The notes beneath the pieces were generated by a model. The model had not been told where the DNA came from. It saw only the letters and a list, made by a program, of their open reading frames with translations, and searched no databases. The position numbers and the translations under genes are program-made. DNA of 63,045 nt, filler included, from Choristocarpus tenellus KU-1152 (taxonomy: Eukaryota; Protista; Phaeophyceae): NCBI GenBank assembly GCA_964200185.2. It is 9 parts of 9 records of this genome, joined end to end, with 100 filler letters (N's around TTAATTAATTAA, not from the genome) between each part and the next. Parts side by side here need not be neighbours in the genome. Positions count along the whole stretch, not along the records: positions 21,044 to 27,668 come from CAXNAD020007725.1; positions 27,769 to 39,625 come from CAXNAD020002099.1; 7 more parts are not named here. One strand, given 5' to 3'. This document shows positions 25,726 to 39,239 of this stretch, in pieces. Position 1 is the first letter of the stretch; each line of letters opens with the position of its first letter.

Positions 25726-26735
25726 TTATCCAGTATCGTCGCTAAGCAGGATCACTTCTCCCTTTTGATCACCCATCCTCTCTCTCCTCTCCCTCTCTTC
25801 CCTTTCCCAGTCCCCTTTCCGAAATTCAACAAGGATGTCACACAATTTGCCCTGGTGAAATTCTTGCGCAGTCTGCACATCTGCCACAGAGCATCCCCGT
25901 AGCTCGTGTAGCCCCGCCACCAGAGCCAATAGTTGGAGTGGGCACCTGACACATTCCCCTGGTCGAATCTCACCTGTGTTCAGCAAAGGAGAGGGAGGCA
26001 TATCCAAGTTGTAAGCAATCCATTGACAATATCGAACACACTATATGCACATTATCACAAAACAACACACCTTACATCACAAAAGATGAAATAGAAATAT
26101 GCTATTCAAAAAACAAGCACATCTCTCTCGATGGCTTGGGGTGGAAGATCAACAGATAGACAGATGAATGACATCGGGACCTACCCTAAATGCCGGAATC
26201 GTTCTTCAAACATGCTGACTGAGGCTGACCTTGTAAGAACAGAAATCTTCGGAGGTAATTATTTCGTGTTATGTGTGCAGTTACATGAAAAGTGGAAGGG
26301 AAGTCTAAACATCACACCATGGACAAGTAACAACACGAGGGGTGAGCTCATCGTTACGATCTTTTAGACCCAACAACGGGATGACAAATACCTGTCGCAT
26401 GGTGGAGGTTCGACCAACCAGCTCTGCTCACAAGTCCACTCAACCAATAAAAAAAGAGAAACACAGGAAAACCTGCTGCCCGCAACGCTCTGAGCTTCGC
26501 CACTCCCTCCCCCTCCCCCCAGCTACCTTGTAGACAATCTCCAACGGGAAAAAAAAAGTCGACCCCACTCACCAAGGTTTCGAAAGCTCTGTCCATGAAT
26601 GTAGACCGCAACCATGTTATCTGTTGAAAACTGCAACTGGAGGTGCATGGCTCGCTTCGATCGGTTCCAAACAACGCCTTCGCAAGCCTGCACTTGTCCC
26701 AGCACTAGAGTGTCAGGCAGGCCCTCCACAGTCAC
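25726..26735 (-). CDS. TRAPPC13: Trafficking protein particle complex subunit 13, last two exons (26735-26573, 25973-25726)
   Basis: Phase-1 splice gives VWNRSKRAMHLQLQF...IHGQSFRNLGEIRPGECVRCPLQLLALVAGLHELRGCSVAD...LCDILV, matching the TRAPPC13 C-terminal Ig-like domain pattern (LG.L.PG...L.L.PL..GL....G..L.D). Confidence 0.75.
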
Positions 26736-27562
26736 CTTTCTCGCAGTCAGATCATAACATGTAGGAGTGTGCGTGTGGATGAAGCTACAGACACAGGTGC
26801 CCAGGAACAAATACCAACGAGCTATAGCACAGCAGTGTCATGTGTTGCAGTCCAATTGGTCAAATCTCGAGCTCAATAAAAGTGTACTACCAAGGGCTCC
26901 TCTCTTCAGCAATGGAGTGATACGGTACCATCTGAGAGAGTAGTGTCGCTGAGTTGAAAGGGCTCTTATGAGCGCCTTGTGATGCACGTACCCGTTTTGG
27001 GAACTGTGGAGGGCGCTATCGGATCGCAACGAGTTCACCCACTATATCTTCCCTTCGACAGTTACGTCCTCCTAAGGGGGCTTTTATTGGGTCTTGGGCA
27101 TGGGGCAGAGTGGACCATACTGCATAGCACACAGGGTTCAAAACGACCTCGAAACTCTAAAAAAGGGTCGATTTCAACCCCCCTATTAGATATAGCCTCC
27201 CACCGAGCCAAGGTAATGGAAAGGTACTTGGGTTTTGACTGTTGTCCATCTTTAGCACCCCCTTTTAATCCTTTTTGATACATTTTGATATCATTTTGAT
27301 ACATTTTGATACGTTTTGATACATTCACACTCTCGCACCTACGGACGGGTGAAGCCCCGAGATCGGTTTGAGAGAGACACAACTTCTCCATCATCATTTG
27401 ATATTTGAACAAAGATCAGAAAGGAACAAAAAATTAAAGGATCCCCCACCAGGAAAGTAAATAGCTCGAAGAAGAACCAAAAGAGAGTTGCCTCCACAAC
27501 AACGCCTGGAGGTACACTGGTTTATTTTTTAGTTTGTTTCTTTTTCCTTTTTTTTGGTTAGG

Positions 27563-27810
27563 GGCCCGAAGTATCTGGGGGGGGGGGGGGGGGGGCTTAA
27601 CCCAGATTTCCCTTTTTGGGCTAAAACCAGGAAAATTGCATTTCTTTTTTTCCCCCCCCCTCTGGAACNNNNNNNNNNNNNNNNNNNNNNNNNNNNNNNN
27701 NNNNNNNNNNNNTTAATTAATTAANNNNNNNNNNNNNNNNNNNNNNNNNNNNNNNNNNNNNNNNNNNNCCAAATGGACAGCCGCCACCCCCCCCCCAGAT
27801 ACTTTGAGCC
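27563..27810. mobile_element. Two MITE subfamily B fragments on either side of a linker (27563-27668; 27769-27810)
   Basis: GGCCCGAAGTATCTG(G)n before the linker and (C)nAGATACTTTGAGCC after it. Confidence 0.7.
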
Positions 27811-29779
27811 ACTGTTGTGAAAGCCTCAGACTATTTCAGCATGCGCGGTATTAATGTGTGCATTACTCACTTGTGACCAACAATGTATAAAATATGAAAT
27901 GTACTCATAGAAAAAGGAGGAACTCTGTTAATTTGTTTTGTAAAGGTTATAAATATGTTGTTTTGAAAGTTCTAGAACGAAAAAATGAAAGAACAGAGCT
28001 GTCGTTTGCAGTTAGCAGTTTGGTGTTTTACTTGTGTAAGTGTTTTTTTTTTCCAGGGCCATATTTCAACCTCCTGGACTGTTTGCAATAGCCCTTTCTA
28101 CAAAAATTGACATTCACTAGTTGTGAAGTCGAGCTCGATATGTTACGAAGGATAGTACATAATAAATGGTGTCTGTGCACAACACTGTTCCTTATCTGAT
28201 GGAGGTTCATCGTGTGAAGTTGCATGTTGTTTGGTTGGAAAATTTGTTTTTTGTTCTCTTTTGCGAATCAATGGTATATGTGCAACGTTGTATGAAACCA
28301 GACATGTTTGTGTGGATATCCCATGACAGTCCAGACAGTTAGTATATGTATGTGTGTAACGGCTTGTGATGAGGTTAAATATTTTTAAGTAAAATAGATT
28401 CTGATAGGGCCATTCCTCATTGAAGGAAGGAGGAGGATCCTTCTAAATTCATCTCCATCTAAGTTTATATATACATATATCTTCTCCGTAAACACACTAT
28501 CGAGAAGTTGACATCATACGGGGTACCCAATAAATGTCTTGAGAAGGAGAACCTACTTTGGTCTGTGTACACAAGGATTGATATGAGAAGGAGTTAAAGT
28601 TCAAAAAAGGACGTTCGCGGGAAGCACCCCCTCCAGACATATGCCATGACATCCAACTCCCCCTCCCTTCCTTTGTCACACACATGGATGAATAGTGTCA
28701 ATTTTATGGTTTAATTTATGTCGGATCGATTATGTGTGACGGCCTTCCATCATGCTGTTAACCCGCTCTGCGCTCATCAGTCACACAAATCGTGAGTGGT
28801 ATTGGGTGTTATTGGTACCACTAATAATAGTAGCAAACGTCAACGAAGTAGTTACGTTTGTTGTTCCTACTTCCAACATTACAAAGCTGACTTTCGTGTG
28901 TAGGAAGAAACAAACGTATCTATTCGAAGGCAACATCAAAACGGTGGGGTAGTGTATTGTTAAAGAGATGCGAATCATGTGCGACGGACGTATATATTTC
29001 TCGCACTTCTCCCTGAGTGATCATCGCAGTTACTACTCCCCTCTGTGTACAAAACTCTACATTTCACACCCCTGTACTACATACACATGCATATAATTGC
29101 TCATCGTAACAAGGTAAAACTAATTTCGTCCAAAAAGGGTTTTGTTTTCTCTACATTACTATACACAATATTCATACAATAAAAATGGAACAAACGTATG
29201 TGTCATCGAATTAGACAACGTTTTACATCCGTGGGCAGGGCGTAGTACAAACAAAAAGAGCTTGGTGGGTATGACCGTGTCAGGGTGTGCCGTTTCAGGT
29301 ATGAACGTTACCTCTGTCTGTGACTGTTTCTTGTAGTTTGAAGCTCTTTGCACGTGTGTGGGTGGACGTCTCTACTCTCATCACATGTCCAAATAGAGAG
29401 GAAATAGGGCACTGTAAGGGGAGTGTGTATACCACAATAATTGTATTATATATTTTGGAGTATATACTCTGTCCACTAAGTCTGCAACGTTATGAAGTTT
29501 CACATTTTTTTTTTACATTTCTTCACGAACACGAACACTTTCCTAGGGATGTATGGGGACAAATTGAAGCTCTTGGTATAATTGTTCCGATATGATTTTA
29601 AGTTTTTAACATTTTGGTTCGAAATAGTTCTGAATATGTGCTGAGAAGTGGAACCGAAAAGATGTTTTTTCCGACTAATTTTCCGTGCCTGTGCTATCCC
29701 TAGGGATACACACATCTCAGCACCTCATCAAGAGGCGTACAACTCTCGCTTGGCATCCAGACCATCTACGACGTGAGTT

Positions 29780-30480
29780 CTGTAGCCAAGTAGCAAGGAA
29801 TCGTATGAATTACAGAAGGATTTTCAACACAATTCTTATTCGACGGAGCATGGTTGTACCTCATCTGGGACGGGGAGCACATCCGGATGTTCCCCAGGGA
29901 GGACAGGGTTGTTCCTCTGGTCTTTCTCACTGTCCTGAGGTGGCATGTGGTGCCCTACGACAGAATCAGCAGTAGACCTGACCGAATTATCAGCGTGCAC
30001 CACTGCCCAGAAGCGCTGGTTCTGGGCCCCCACCTCAACCACAACTGTAACAAGGGAAGCCAATACAGCTGCTGTCACTGTCCAAGATATTTGCCATGCT
30101 GACCTAACTTGGCTCCTCTGCCAATGGTGAAATTCCATCATCTTCTGATCGTATGATCGTGCAATGTTATTGAGTGAGTTGAGAAGTGGTGGGATATCCA
30201 ATCCACCATTCTCGATCCTTGTAAATTCAACTTGAATTCCTTCCCCTCAATCCTTCTGTTTTCCCTTGTCCGCATGTCACAAGGACTCAGAACAGTGCCA
30301 ACCAGCATACTGGCAACTAGACATTTACTCCAACATGTATCCGTCACGAGCAGCAAATACAAACACAAGCGTGGAGTTGTGCCAGACTATTTCCCAGTTG
30401 CCAGCATTCTGGTTAAACTGGAGATTGTGTCATACAAACGTCAGTGGGCCGGAGCCCTACCGCCTGAGGCAAAACAGGCC
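29780..30480 (-). pseudogene. Decayed kinesin-light-chain/NPHP3-type TPR (TPR_12-like) sequence
   Basis: Minus-strand segments LNSLNNIARSY and VLPGEHPDV resemble the SLNNLA..Y and LG.EHP motifs; interrupted by stops. Confidence 0.35.
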
Positions 30481-33400
30481 ACATCCTTTCACTTCCGATG
30501 ACTCACATGCCATCCCCACATGCCATCACGAGTCATTCAGGAGGTTACTTCACCCAGAAAGGAGTGATACCTTCCCTGGATGACCGGTCAGACATTTAAT
30601 CGAATCCAGGGCCTCCCTGTTGGACTATCACCTACCAAAAACGCAAGAAATAGTGCCAACTGTGGAGGGCCTGGGCAGTTGGTCACTCATGGTGGGGCAT
30701 TCATTAAATAGGCGTGGACTGAATAAAAAGACATGCAACTGACATAATATCAATAGAGCAGCACCTTACACTTGCCATACTGAGTTAGCAAGTACTTTAC
30801 CTGTTGGTGCGATTGTAGCATGTGAAGTTGAGGTCATCTACAGGTAGACCACTCCCAACATCTGGTCTGGTCTCTAGTGCACGTGCGATACAATGATCAA
30901 GGAAGTCTTGCACACAGACAGTTGAGGCGTGATTCAGGAGAACTACACTATTCCAGAACAGAGTCCTTGTTGCTCTTACGCGTTCAGGATCGTGAGTGGC
31001 ACAATCATGGCAGGTCCAACCTTTGGTAAAGGTGAAAAAAAAAGGGCGACGACTTTGCTAGTGATTCTTGAAGTCAGGAGGTGGAGAATGTAAGGTCAAA
31101 AAGTTGCGTAAGGAGTGATGCAAAGGCAAAGTATTTTGCCCAACGTTTCCCAATCACCCTCTCACTCACTGCTTGCAACACTCAATCATCCAGTCAATAC
31201 TAGGAGGCTACAATAGCTAAGTTGTGCTTTTATGTAGTATATATCTTCAGAGAAAATCTTTTGCTCGAAACAAATAGTAGACTCTCACCCCACAGCGCTC
31301 CAATGCGACATGATAATCTATTTTTTAAAAGGGAGTATGTTATACTGTGGCGGACAGGAGTGCCAGTATCATAGACAATCGGGCCTTTTCTATCTTGAAA
31401 GGTGGCTGCTAGGGTCGAGGCACAGGCTTAAGGTCTTAGGCAAAACCTTGGGATCGAGACTACAGGACATCGGTAGTGGAGGGTACAGAGTGAAAGCCCT
31501 AAGATTAAGGGGAAAATATCCCCAAACTGATAATCAACTCACCACAACTACGACCATGGATCTGGGTACAAGAAAAAAATACTTATCACAACTACGAACG
31601 GTGCCTTCACTTGTTTAAATAGTAGTAGTATTATAGGAACGAAAAATGATCGCGCAGCTCGCCGTCGCGAGTTGTAGTGGGCGACAGTGATCTCTCACCT
31701 CATCAGATTTTGGATACATTATTCTACGTGTCCCTATATTCGCGTGACTAGGAAGCGCGCACAAAAGAAGGAGGCGGGGTGAGGAGACCTACTAAGTAAA
31801 ACTGGGTACCGTAAAAGTGTAAAACTAAAAACCTTCTCATGTATACATACCTAAAGTTCCTTACAGTTCAAGTCTAATGATATCTTGGTTTTTGTTGGTC
31901 TAGAAATGGGCAGGACACAAACTTGAGTGACTGCATTTCTGTTATCAGGACAATAACATGATAGTCATCTTCCAACTAAGGTATAGGTTTGAGGTGACCT
32001 TCCTTGAGAAGATATACTTCAATAGTCTGTTGCTTCAAATGAAACCTCTATTTACTTGTTGAGGTAATATCTGGCGGTTTGAGTGGTCCTCACAAACTCC
32101 CTTCGTTCACTTTTTGCCTGCTCACTCTTCCCTGAGTGACCTCGTGAGGATTCCTAAAACCTCCTGCCTTGTCTCTGTCCATTCCATTCCTCCTGTCAGT
32201 CTTCACTGTCCCCTTCAGTCTGAAGAACCTGTCTGCCTGTTTCCATCTGTTTCAAAGTGTCGGCGACACCTGTTCTGAACAGAAGAGTACTTCAACCCAT
32301 GTTAGTACATTCATTACCCTATACATGTATGCTAGATAACTCTGACTGGAATATAGTTCGATCAAATAGATGACACAATATGTTTGACATAATAGAGAAC
32401 CTTTTCCGGATTTTCTTGGCGGAAGAATTCAAAGAGAACGAACCACCTGAACATCTTCACCAAATAAATAAAAGTTTCTACCATACAAAACGTAAATCCA
32501 ATAGGAAGATGTTACTTCAATCTTCTATCTTTGTTTTACTATTGACTGACTGACTAGTTGGTTTTGTTCGCCCCTTCCACGACCTGAAAACCACCTTTAT
32601 TTTGGGGTACCGATAACCATTTCTTTCGTAGTTATTTATATTGGTTTTGAAAACGTTCGAAGGGAGAAGGCAGATTTGATAAAACGTTTTGAGGATGTAA
32701 TGGGAAAGATCTTTCAATGTTGTACCATGGTTTATTTTTAGTACTATAATATCTGAACAAAATCAAAAAAATGATGTAAAATATATATTTCGTTATATTT
32801 TGTTCTATCACAGAAAAGACACACCTTATTGCACACAAATATTGAGGTCTTCGATGTTCTTCGAACCCCTACAGTCTGATACATGGCCAATCAATGCACA
32901 TGGGAATACAGCATCTCAAATGAATCAAATGGAGTTGAAACCGTATGGTGATGGGCAGGGATATGATGATGTTTTGATAATCTTGATAGAGTTATATAAT
33001 GAAAATGAGTTGACTGGTAGCACAACAGTGAAGTCCTGTAAAAAAAAATACCTCCCGATTTTCAAATTTCAAATTGTTCTGTAAAGATATTATTATCTAT
33101 ACAGTATTTGAATAATCCATAACTATGTGCTGTATGTTCTTCCTCCGGAGGTGCAGATTGCGTCAGATCCAAATTTTGACAGGATTTGTTGGACCGAACC
33201 CCACCTCGTCTCTCCCACGCTTAAGTTCAATTCGTTCCCACGTACCCAGCGAACGTGGATTCTTTTGTGTACTCCCTGAAAGGAATTCATACAGTCTGGT
33301 CAAGGAGTCTTTGTGGATCCTATGGTCTCACGTGCTGTCTGCAGCAGTGAGTTTAGGGTCTGTTGTATAGACTTTTCGCCAAGTTCAACTTGGGATCGAT

Positions 33401-33582
33401 CTCCAATTAGCTGAGTAAACAAGGTATGCGGTCCGCGTGAACCAGGAGGAACAGCAGTATAATGGGTGGAATATGTAGTATTCGACGGGGCTCACAAAAT
33501 TCTGGGAATCGACCGAGGGAGGTTGAGGATAATGGCAACAACAGAGACGGTGAGCATTGATATATTTCATTAGGTAACACAG

Positions 33583-34240
33583 ATGTCAGACCTAGCCCCC
33601 CGCCAAAAGCTCTTTTTCTCTCCGCGAGAAGCGATATTTTCTGAAAATTACCTCTTCCGTGATGTTATGGGATGGTCGTTCGGCAACGAGGTATTTTGCA
33701 TTCCCCTGAAACCTATTCCCCTTCTATTGCCTTGTCACGATCTTGGGCATTTGCCAAATCTTCGGTATCTTCTCGGATGCCTTGCTGGGATAGAAGGGCC
33801 CTACTACCTGTACTCCGATTGGGGGGACCGAGGAGAGGTGACAAATGTAGGTGGACAGATTCAAGGGGGCTCGGAGGACGGAGGAGGAGGAGTGGACGGC
33901 ATCCCTGGCGACTGGTCAGATGTCACTGTGCAGCAACTCGTTCGTCTCTATCAGAACTACGAAAATTCATGCGCAGGGTGAGACCGTGGCGGGAGTGGGA
34001 AGTGATTGATGAAGCCCTCGACTTTACTACTATGCATTGGGTAATTGTAGCGGCTTCAGGAGCGTAAAGGGTTACGTACTGCACTATCCCCAACAGGACG
34101 TATCGATCCAGTCTGGGGACCTGTTGAAGTTTTGTAGGTTTTGTCGAGCTGTGCAATCTCCGTCCGAACACCGTCTACGTTGCTCTCACGCGGAACCCTC
34201 ACCTCTTCTTTTGTATAAGACCCCTTGTCACGTGAAAATG
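33583..34240 (+). pseudogene. Decayed superfamily-1 RNA helicase of alphavirus-like (+ssRNA) virus type; putative endogenous viral element
   Basis: Motifs in order: VDGIPG (33892-33909, start of Walker A); after a frameshift, VIDEA (34002-34016) followed by AASGA*RVTY, TYRSSLG (34098-34118, motif V-like) and VYVALTR (34173-34193, motif VI), all in one frame. Intronless, with stops and deletions. Confidence 0.6.
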
Positions 34241-35899
34241 GCAAAAGTGAGATCTGGTGCTTATAGCAACCCTCAAAGTCGTGATCGTCCGATATGAGGA
34301 GTACCCACCTGCGTCTTTCCTCCTTAGGTAGCAATACCTGCCCCCCTCACTCCACTAGAGCCTAACACACAGGGGATGCCTCATGTTTTTGTCGAACTCC
34401 AACCTGTGATTGTAAGCTCGTTTCTAAACATGAGCCTGAGCCTGATCAATGCAACCCCTCTGACCACCGATGATCCTATCCCCTAACTACCATTTTTTTG
34501 TTCTACGGCTCATACCCTGATCGTGGAAACACCTGTAGGATGGTTCTCACGACCCCAGCAGATACCCTCTACCCTGAGTAGACCTGTATGTATCTGGTCT
34601 CAAATCATGAATGGACCATGGGCTGTGGATAGTTCCGCTTTTCCATATGTGTGGGTTTCCGGTTACTACTTTGTTACTGCTGCTCGTAACCAAGTCCCCC
34701 CCCTCATACCTTGCACTGGATTTAACAACACGACTGGTTTTGCTAGTTGATGGAACAAGCAGTGTACACTTGTTTACTTGGAAGTGTGGTATGTTGGGCA
34801 TACATCACAACAAGGATCTTTTTCTTGTCTTAAGGAATCAGGCTTTGGATTGTCTCTTGGATCTATGTAGTAGCACGTCCTCCACCTTGCGGGAATAAGG
34901 TAATGAAACGTTACAATGCTGAAATTTACTCCTCACTGCGCCTTAAAATTCTCCAAGAAATACTGCAAATTCTAGTGTCTGTTGTGCATCTGTATGTATG
35001 GGCGCTGAAATTTCCTATTTTCTGATTTGTCTTCTCTGGGTGGTGAGTCCGTAGATACTCTCAACCAAAGCAGATGTTTCAATGCATTGCATGGGATGGT
35101 TTTTGCGGGTAACGTTTTAAATCTCAGTTCTTTCAGTCTTCTGAATTAGGTACTACATTCTTCTTTTTTACCTCTGCCCCTACACACACATACGTTCCAT
35201 TTTTACTCCTTGTGTGGGACTCACACATGGTCTCACACCAAACTCTATTTGAGTGGGCTATGGTGATACGTATATATATATACACATCCAATAAGCGATT
35301 TGTATATCTATATACATATCACATGGTCGAATCAACAGACCCTCGTTAGCCTGTCAAACTTCAGTATTCTCCCCATCCTGCTGAACTTTTTTTGTGTTTT
35401 CTTTATATATGTACGGATGCTGCATACAGACATTTTAAAAATGAAGTATCTCACCTAAGGAGCATATTTTGTTTTTAATATATCAGAACAATATTAATAT
35501 ATGGACAGCTTTTTTGCTTCAGAAGTATATTTTCAATATTTTGTCTTCAGAATAATATTTTAAAATTTTGACGGTTCCAAGATTTTTTTTGTATAGTTTT
35601 CCTTCATAAAAAGTGTAAGTTGATAAAAAAAAAGAATTTAATCAGAATAATATCAATAGTTGGACAGCATCAACAAGCCTGCTCACGGCCATCAGAGATC
35701 TGTTATTCATGGCAAAAGTACAACAGTGTGTTTTTTCAGTCCCAGCACACTCCATTGCCCTGCTCTGCCCTGCTTTTCTTTATTTTTTTCCCCCAAAACC
35801 CTTTCAGAAGAGTTGCATAAAAAGTTGCTAGTGAAACAAGAAGGTTGTTTGGTGTGGTGGATGGTACGCCTTGTGAAGCAGGACAGAAAAAGAAATGTA

Positions 35900-36140
35900 G
35901 TTGAACATGTTGAACATGTTGAACATGTTGAACATGTCGGTGCCATTCGTTGTAGTTCAACGAGCACTTTGTTGGTAGGCAACGTGTATGAGGAGTGTTT
36001 GCGTTGATAGGTGCAGTGTATGAGGAGTGTTAGTGTTGATAGTTAGTGTTGATAGGTGCAGTGTATGAGGAGTGTTAGTGTTGATAGTTAGTGTTGATAG
36101 GTGCAGTGTATGAGGAGTGTTAGCGTTGATAGGTGCAGTG
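35900..36140. repeat. (GTTGAACAT)x4 at 35900-35937 and a 45-bp minisatellite at ~35985-36140
   Basis: Directly visible tandem units. Confidence 0.9.
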
Positions 36141-37011
36141 CCTAGTTCCTTTTCGACCATGGATCAGGACAGTTCCTGACAAGTGCCATGCAAATGGACA
36201 GGAGAGGAAGTGTGTTTATCCTACTTGCAGCACCTCTCTGACGACGGTGTTGTTGAAAGAAAAAGAAATAATATTTACTTGCTTCCGAGGGATATGGTTC
36301 ACATAACATCATAGCATACCCTACCCCCCCCCTCCCATGAGATAGATGTAAGTCTCGTCTCCGGTGCGTGGGTAGGGAAGTTTTTTTTTTTAATCCTTTT
36401 TTTTTCAATTGTTTTCTAAGGCGTTTTGAGAGAGAGAGAGACAGTGTGTGACATTTTATTTGCTCTGTAATGGTGTTGTGGGATGAATAATAAAAGTGTG
36501 GAGTATTTAATTTTTGCCAAATCTTGGGGGGAAAGCTTGCAATGTACTTACACATATATACACACACACACACACATATATATTATATATATGTATGTAT
36601 GGAGCTGGAAAAAGAGGAAGATAAGTTCCAATTGAGAAATGAAAAGAGCAGGAGGTTACTTCTTGGGAGTTTTTTTTCGTTTGGGTATGCCTTGGAAATG
36701 CCGATGACGAGGGACGCCCCTACAGTGTACTAGCTGCAGTGATAATCAAAAGTGGGGCACCAGGGCAATACGCCAACCATATAGTTGTCAGCGCTGTGTG
36801 GAACGTTATGACTATCACCGTGAAACGAGCTGATGGCGGGATGATCATTGATGGCAAGTAGGATATATATACTATCATCAGTGTGTTTGTGTTTGTAAAC
36901 CTTCGTGGCACACCTTAGGTACTCACAATGATTCGCTGATCCTCCCGATATCTGGTTGGTAGGAATCTTCTGATTTGGCCTCAAAATTAGTGGGGCCAGT
37001 GATGTTTTTTT

Positions 37012-37046
37012 TGTGTGTGTGTGTGTGTGTGTGTATGTGTGTATGT

Positions 37047-37087
<41 letters not shown>

Positions 37088-37281
37088 TATGTGTGTGTGT
37101 GTGTATGTGTGTGTGTATGTATGTGTGTGTGTGTGTTTGGTGCCATGAGTTAGTACCCAGCAGTCGAAAATGTGTAGAAGATTACTTCCGATAGACCCTT
37201 CCCTCATCATATATACTATCATCATATATACTATCATCATATGTACTATCATATATACTATCATCATATATACTATCATCA
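37012..37281. repeat. (TG)n/TATG microsatellite (37012-37137) and a 15-bp TCATCATATATACTA tandem (37204-37281)
   Basis: Directly visible. Confidence 0.9.
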
Positions 37282-37594
37282 GCGGGTTCTCTTTCCTCTG
37301 TTTCAAAATATTTCAGTTTGATTCTAGCCTCTAATGTTTTCTTTGTTTTCTTACGAGGTGACCTGTCTCGCGTCTTGTTGCTGTCTTGTTGCTGTCTTGT
37401 TGCTGTTTTTCCTTATTTTTCCTCTTTTATATAATATAGTCTAGTAGGTAGTTGTTTGCCAAAGTATCAACTGTAATACTTTTTTTTTAATACCATTTTT
37501 TGTCGCTACAATAACGAAAATCCTCTCCCCCTTCCATCCCCCCCCCCCCCCTGCACACACGATGTCTACAACCTTCTCTCTAAAAAAACAAAAG

Positions 37595-37736
37595 TGATGA
37601 AGTGGATACGAGGACGCCTGTGTCTCTTCTGGACCTATGTGTGTGGTGTATATGCATCAACCTTCCTCGATTTGGGGAGTTTCCTTCCCTCCTGCCTCGG
37701 GAAGTGGTGACTAAGCTTCTGACTTCCTTGACCAAG
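37595..37736 (+). CDS. Isolated exon with a BC-box-like N-terminal motif typical of LRR/ZYG11-type proteins
   Basis: AG...AAG|GT-bounded segment encodes TPVSLLDLCVWCICINLPRFGEFPSLLPREVVTKLLTSLTK (SLxxLC...LPxE). Other exons not identified. Confidence 0.4.
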
Positions 37737-37919
37737 GTGTGCCAAGGACCTGGGGCATGGAAAAAAAAGAAGAAGAATTTCCATGATGAGATGATCAGTG
37801 TTCTGTTGTTGGGGGTAGGCATATGCATATTGAGAGGGTGGAGGGATTGTATCGAGTGTGCAAAATGGAAGGGGGGACACTAAGGAGGACGGGACTGTGC
37901 ATGCAGGTTTGTTGGATCA

Positions 37920-38105
37920 ATCTATCGACTAATCTTTCGACTAATCTTTCGACTAATCTTTCGACTAATTTTTCGACTAATCTTTCGACTAATTTTTCGG
38001 CTAATTTTTCGACTAATCTATCGAAAAATCTATCGACTCATTTTTCAACTAATCTTTCGACTAATCTATTGACTAATCTATCGACTAATCTATCGACTAA
38101 TCTTT
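37920..38105. repeat. 12-bp minisatellite (TCGACTAATCTT) x~15
   Basis: Directly visible; explains the NLST-repeat ORF. Confidence 0.9.
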
Positions 38106-38603
38106 CAGACGATCTCCACTTTTTTCGTCCGATGGTGATCCCTACAAGATAAATAACGTGTATATTTTTGATTTTTTTTTTTTCTGTATTTTTTTTTTTT
38201 TAGGACGAGCAAGACACATCAATTGCCAAAGTTTTGTCGCCTGGTTTTTTTGTTGTTATTCCTTGTGTGATTATTTTTCATCCTCTTTTTATTTATTTAT
38301 TTTTGAAAAGGGAGCCTGTAGGGTGCGTGGCGTGCGTGCCTCTTGATCGCTTTAAAAAGAAAAAAAATCTGAAGTATTGTGGTATGTATCTTATGTATTG
38401 GTATTGTAGGTGTTGATGTTTTCGTTGTTGGTGTATCATAGAAAGGTGTACATCGATTGCTGAACCGTTTGGTGGAGTTCTTTGCAGTGAGTGTCTCTGA
38501 CCTGATCATGGTCATGCGTAGCAGGAGCATTTCAATCATGCACCGTTCTGTAGCAATGGTATATACCGCTCTGTAGCAATGTGTGTGATGTACCTGGTGT
38601 GTA

Positions 38604-38632
38604 CCTAACCCTAACCCTAACCCTAACCCTAA
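38604..38632. repeat. Interstitial telomere-type (CCCTAA)n tract; shorter ones near 40951, 41501-41531 and 51123
   Basis: cctaaccctaaccctaaccctaaccctaa. Confidence 0.75.
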
Positions 38633-39239
38633 TTTACTATTTATTTATTTTTTTGTTAGGACCAGGTGTAAGAAATGATGTAAGGTCATATCCGATCAGG
38701 AAGTCAGTCATTGTAAATCATTGTAGTGTGCAAAAAAAAAGTTCCCCCGAAAGTATGATTATAAAAAAAAAAACCCAACCTGACACGAGAGAGGACTGTC
38801 TTTGGTTTTGGAAGTATAATTGGGTAGTACTGGTCGATTGGGGGCGTGTACGGTTATAGGCGGAAGGTTGTTTGGCACATGGCATGACTTGAAGATGAAC
38901 TGGATGTGATAATGTATATATAAATAAATAAATATCTAAATAAATATCTAAATAAATATCTAAATAAATATATTATTTTTTGCCTCTTTGAGTAGCCCAG
39001 TGGCGTATGCTAACGTAAAGAGTTGAGTTTGTCCTCCACTTTATTTTTGTTGGATCGACTTTGATGAATGGAGATGACGTTTTGCGAGGTTGGATCGATT
39101 GGTTGTGATAGTTAGGACAAGAACAAAATTGTACCGGAAGTTTCCGTTTCAAGGGCTTTGAAAAAAGGAGATGTAGGAAAAATTCTGGTCTTTTGTCAGC
39201 CATATATAAATATAAATATATCTATATATCTGTATATTG

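Noticed and set aside
25752-25973. Listed ORF MRFDQGNVSG...
   Set aside because: Wrong frame; the phase-1 splice places this exon in the TRAPPC13 frame.
36730-38152. ORFs with HT-, MIVY- and NLST-repeats
   Set aside because: They are translations of micro- and minisatellites.
38604-38632. True chromosome end
   Set aside because: Only about five units, with unique sequence on both sides; interstitial.
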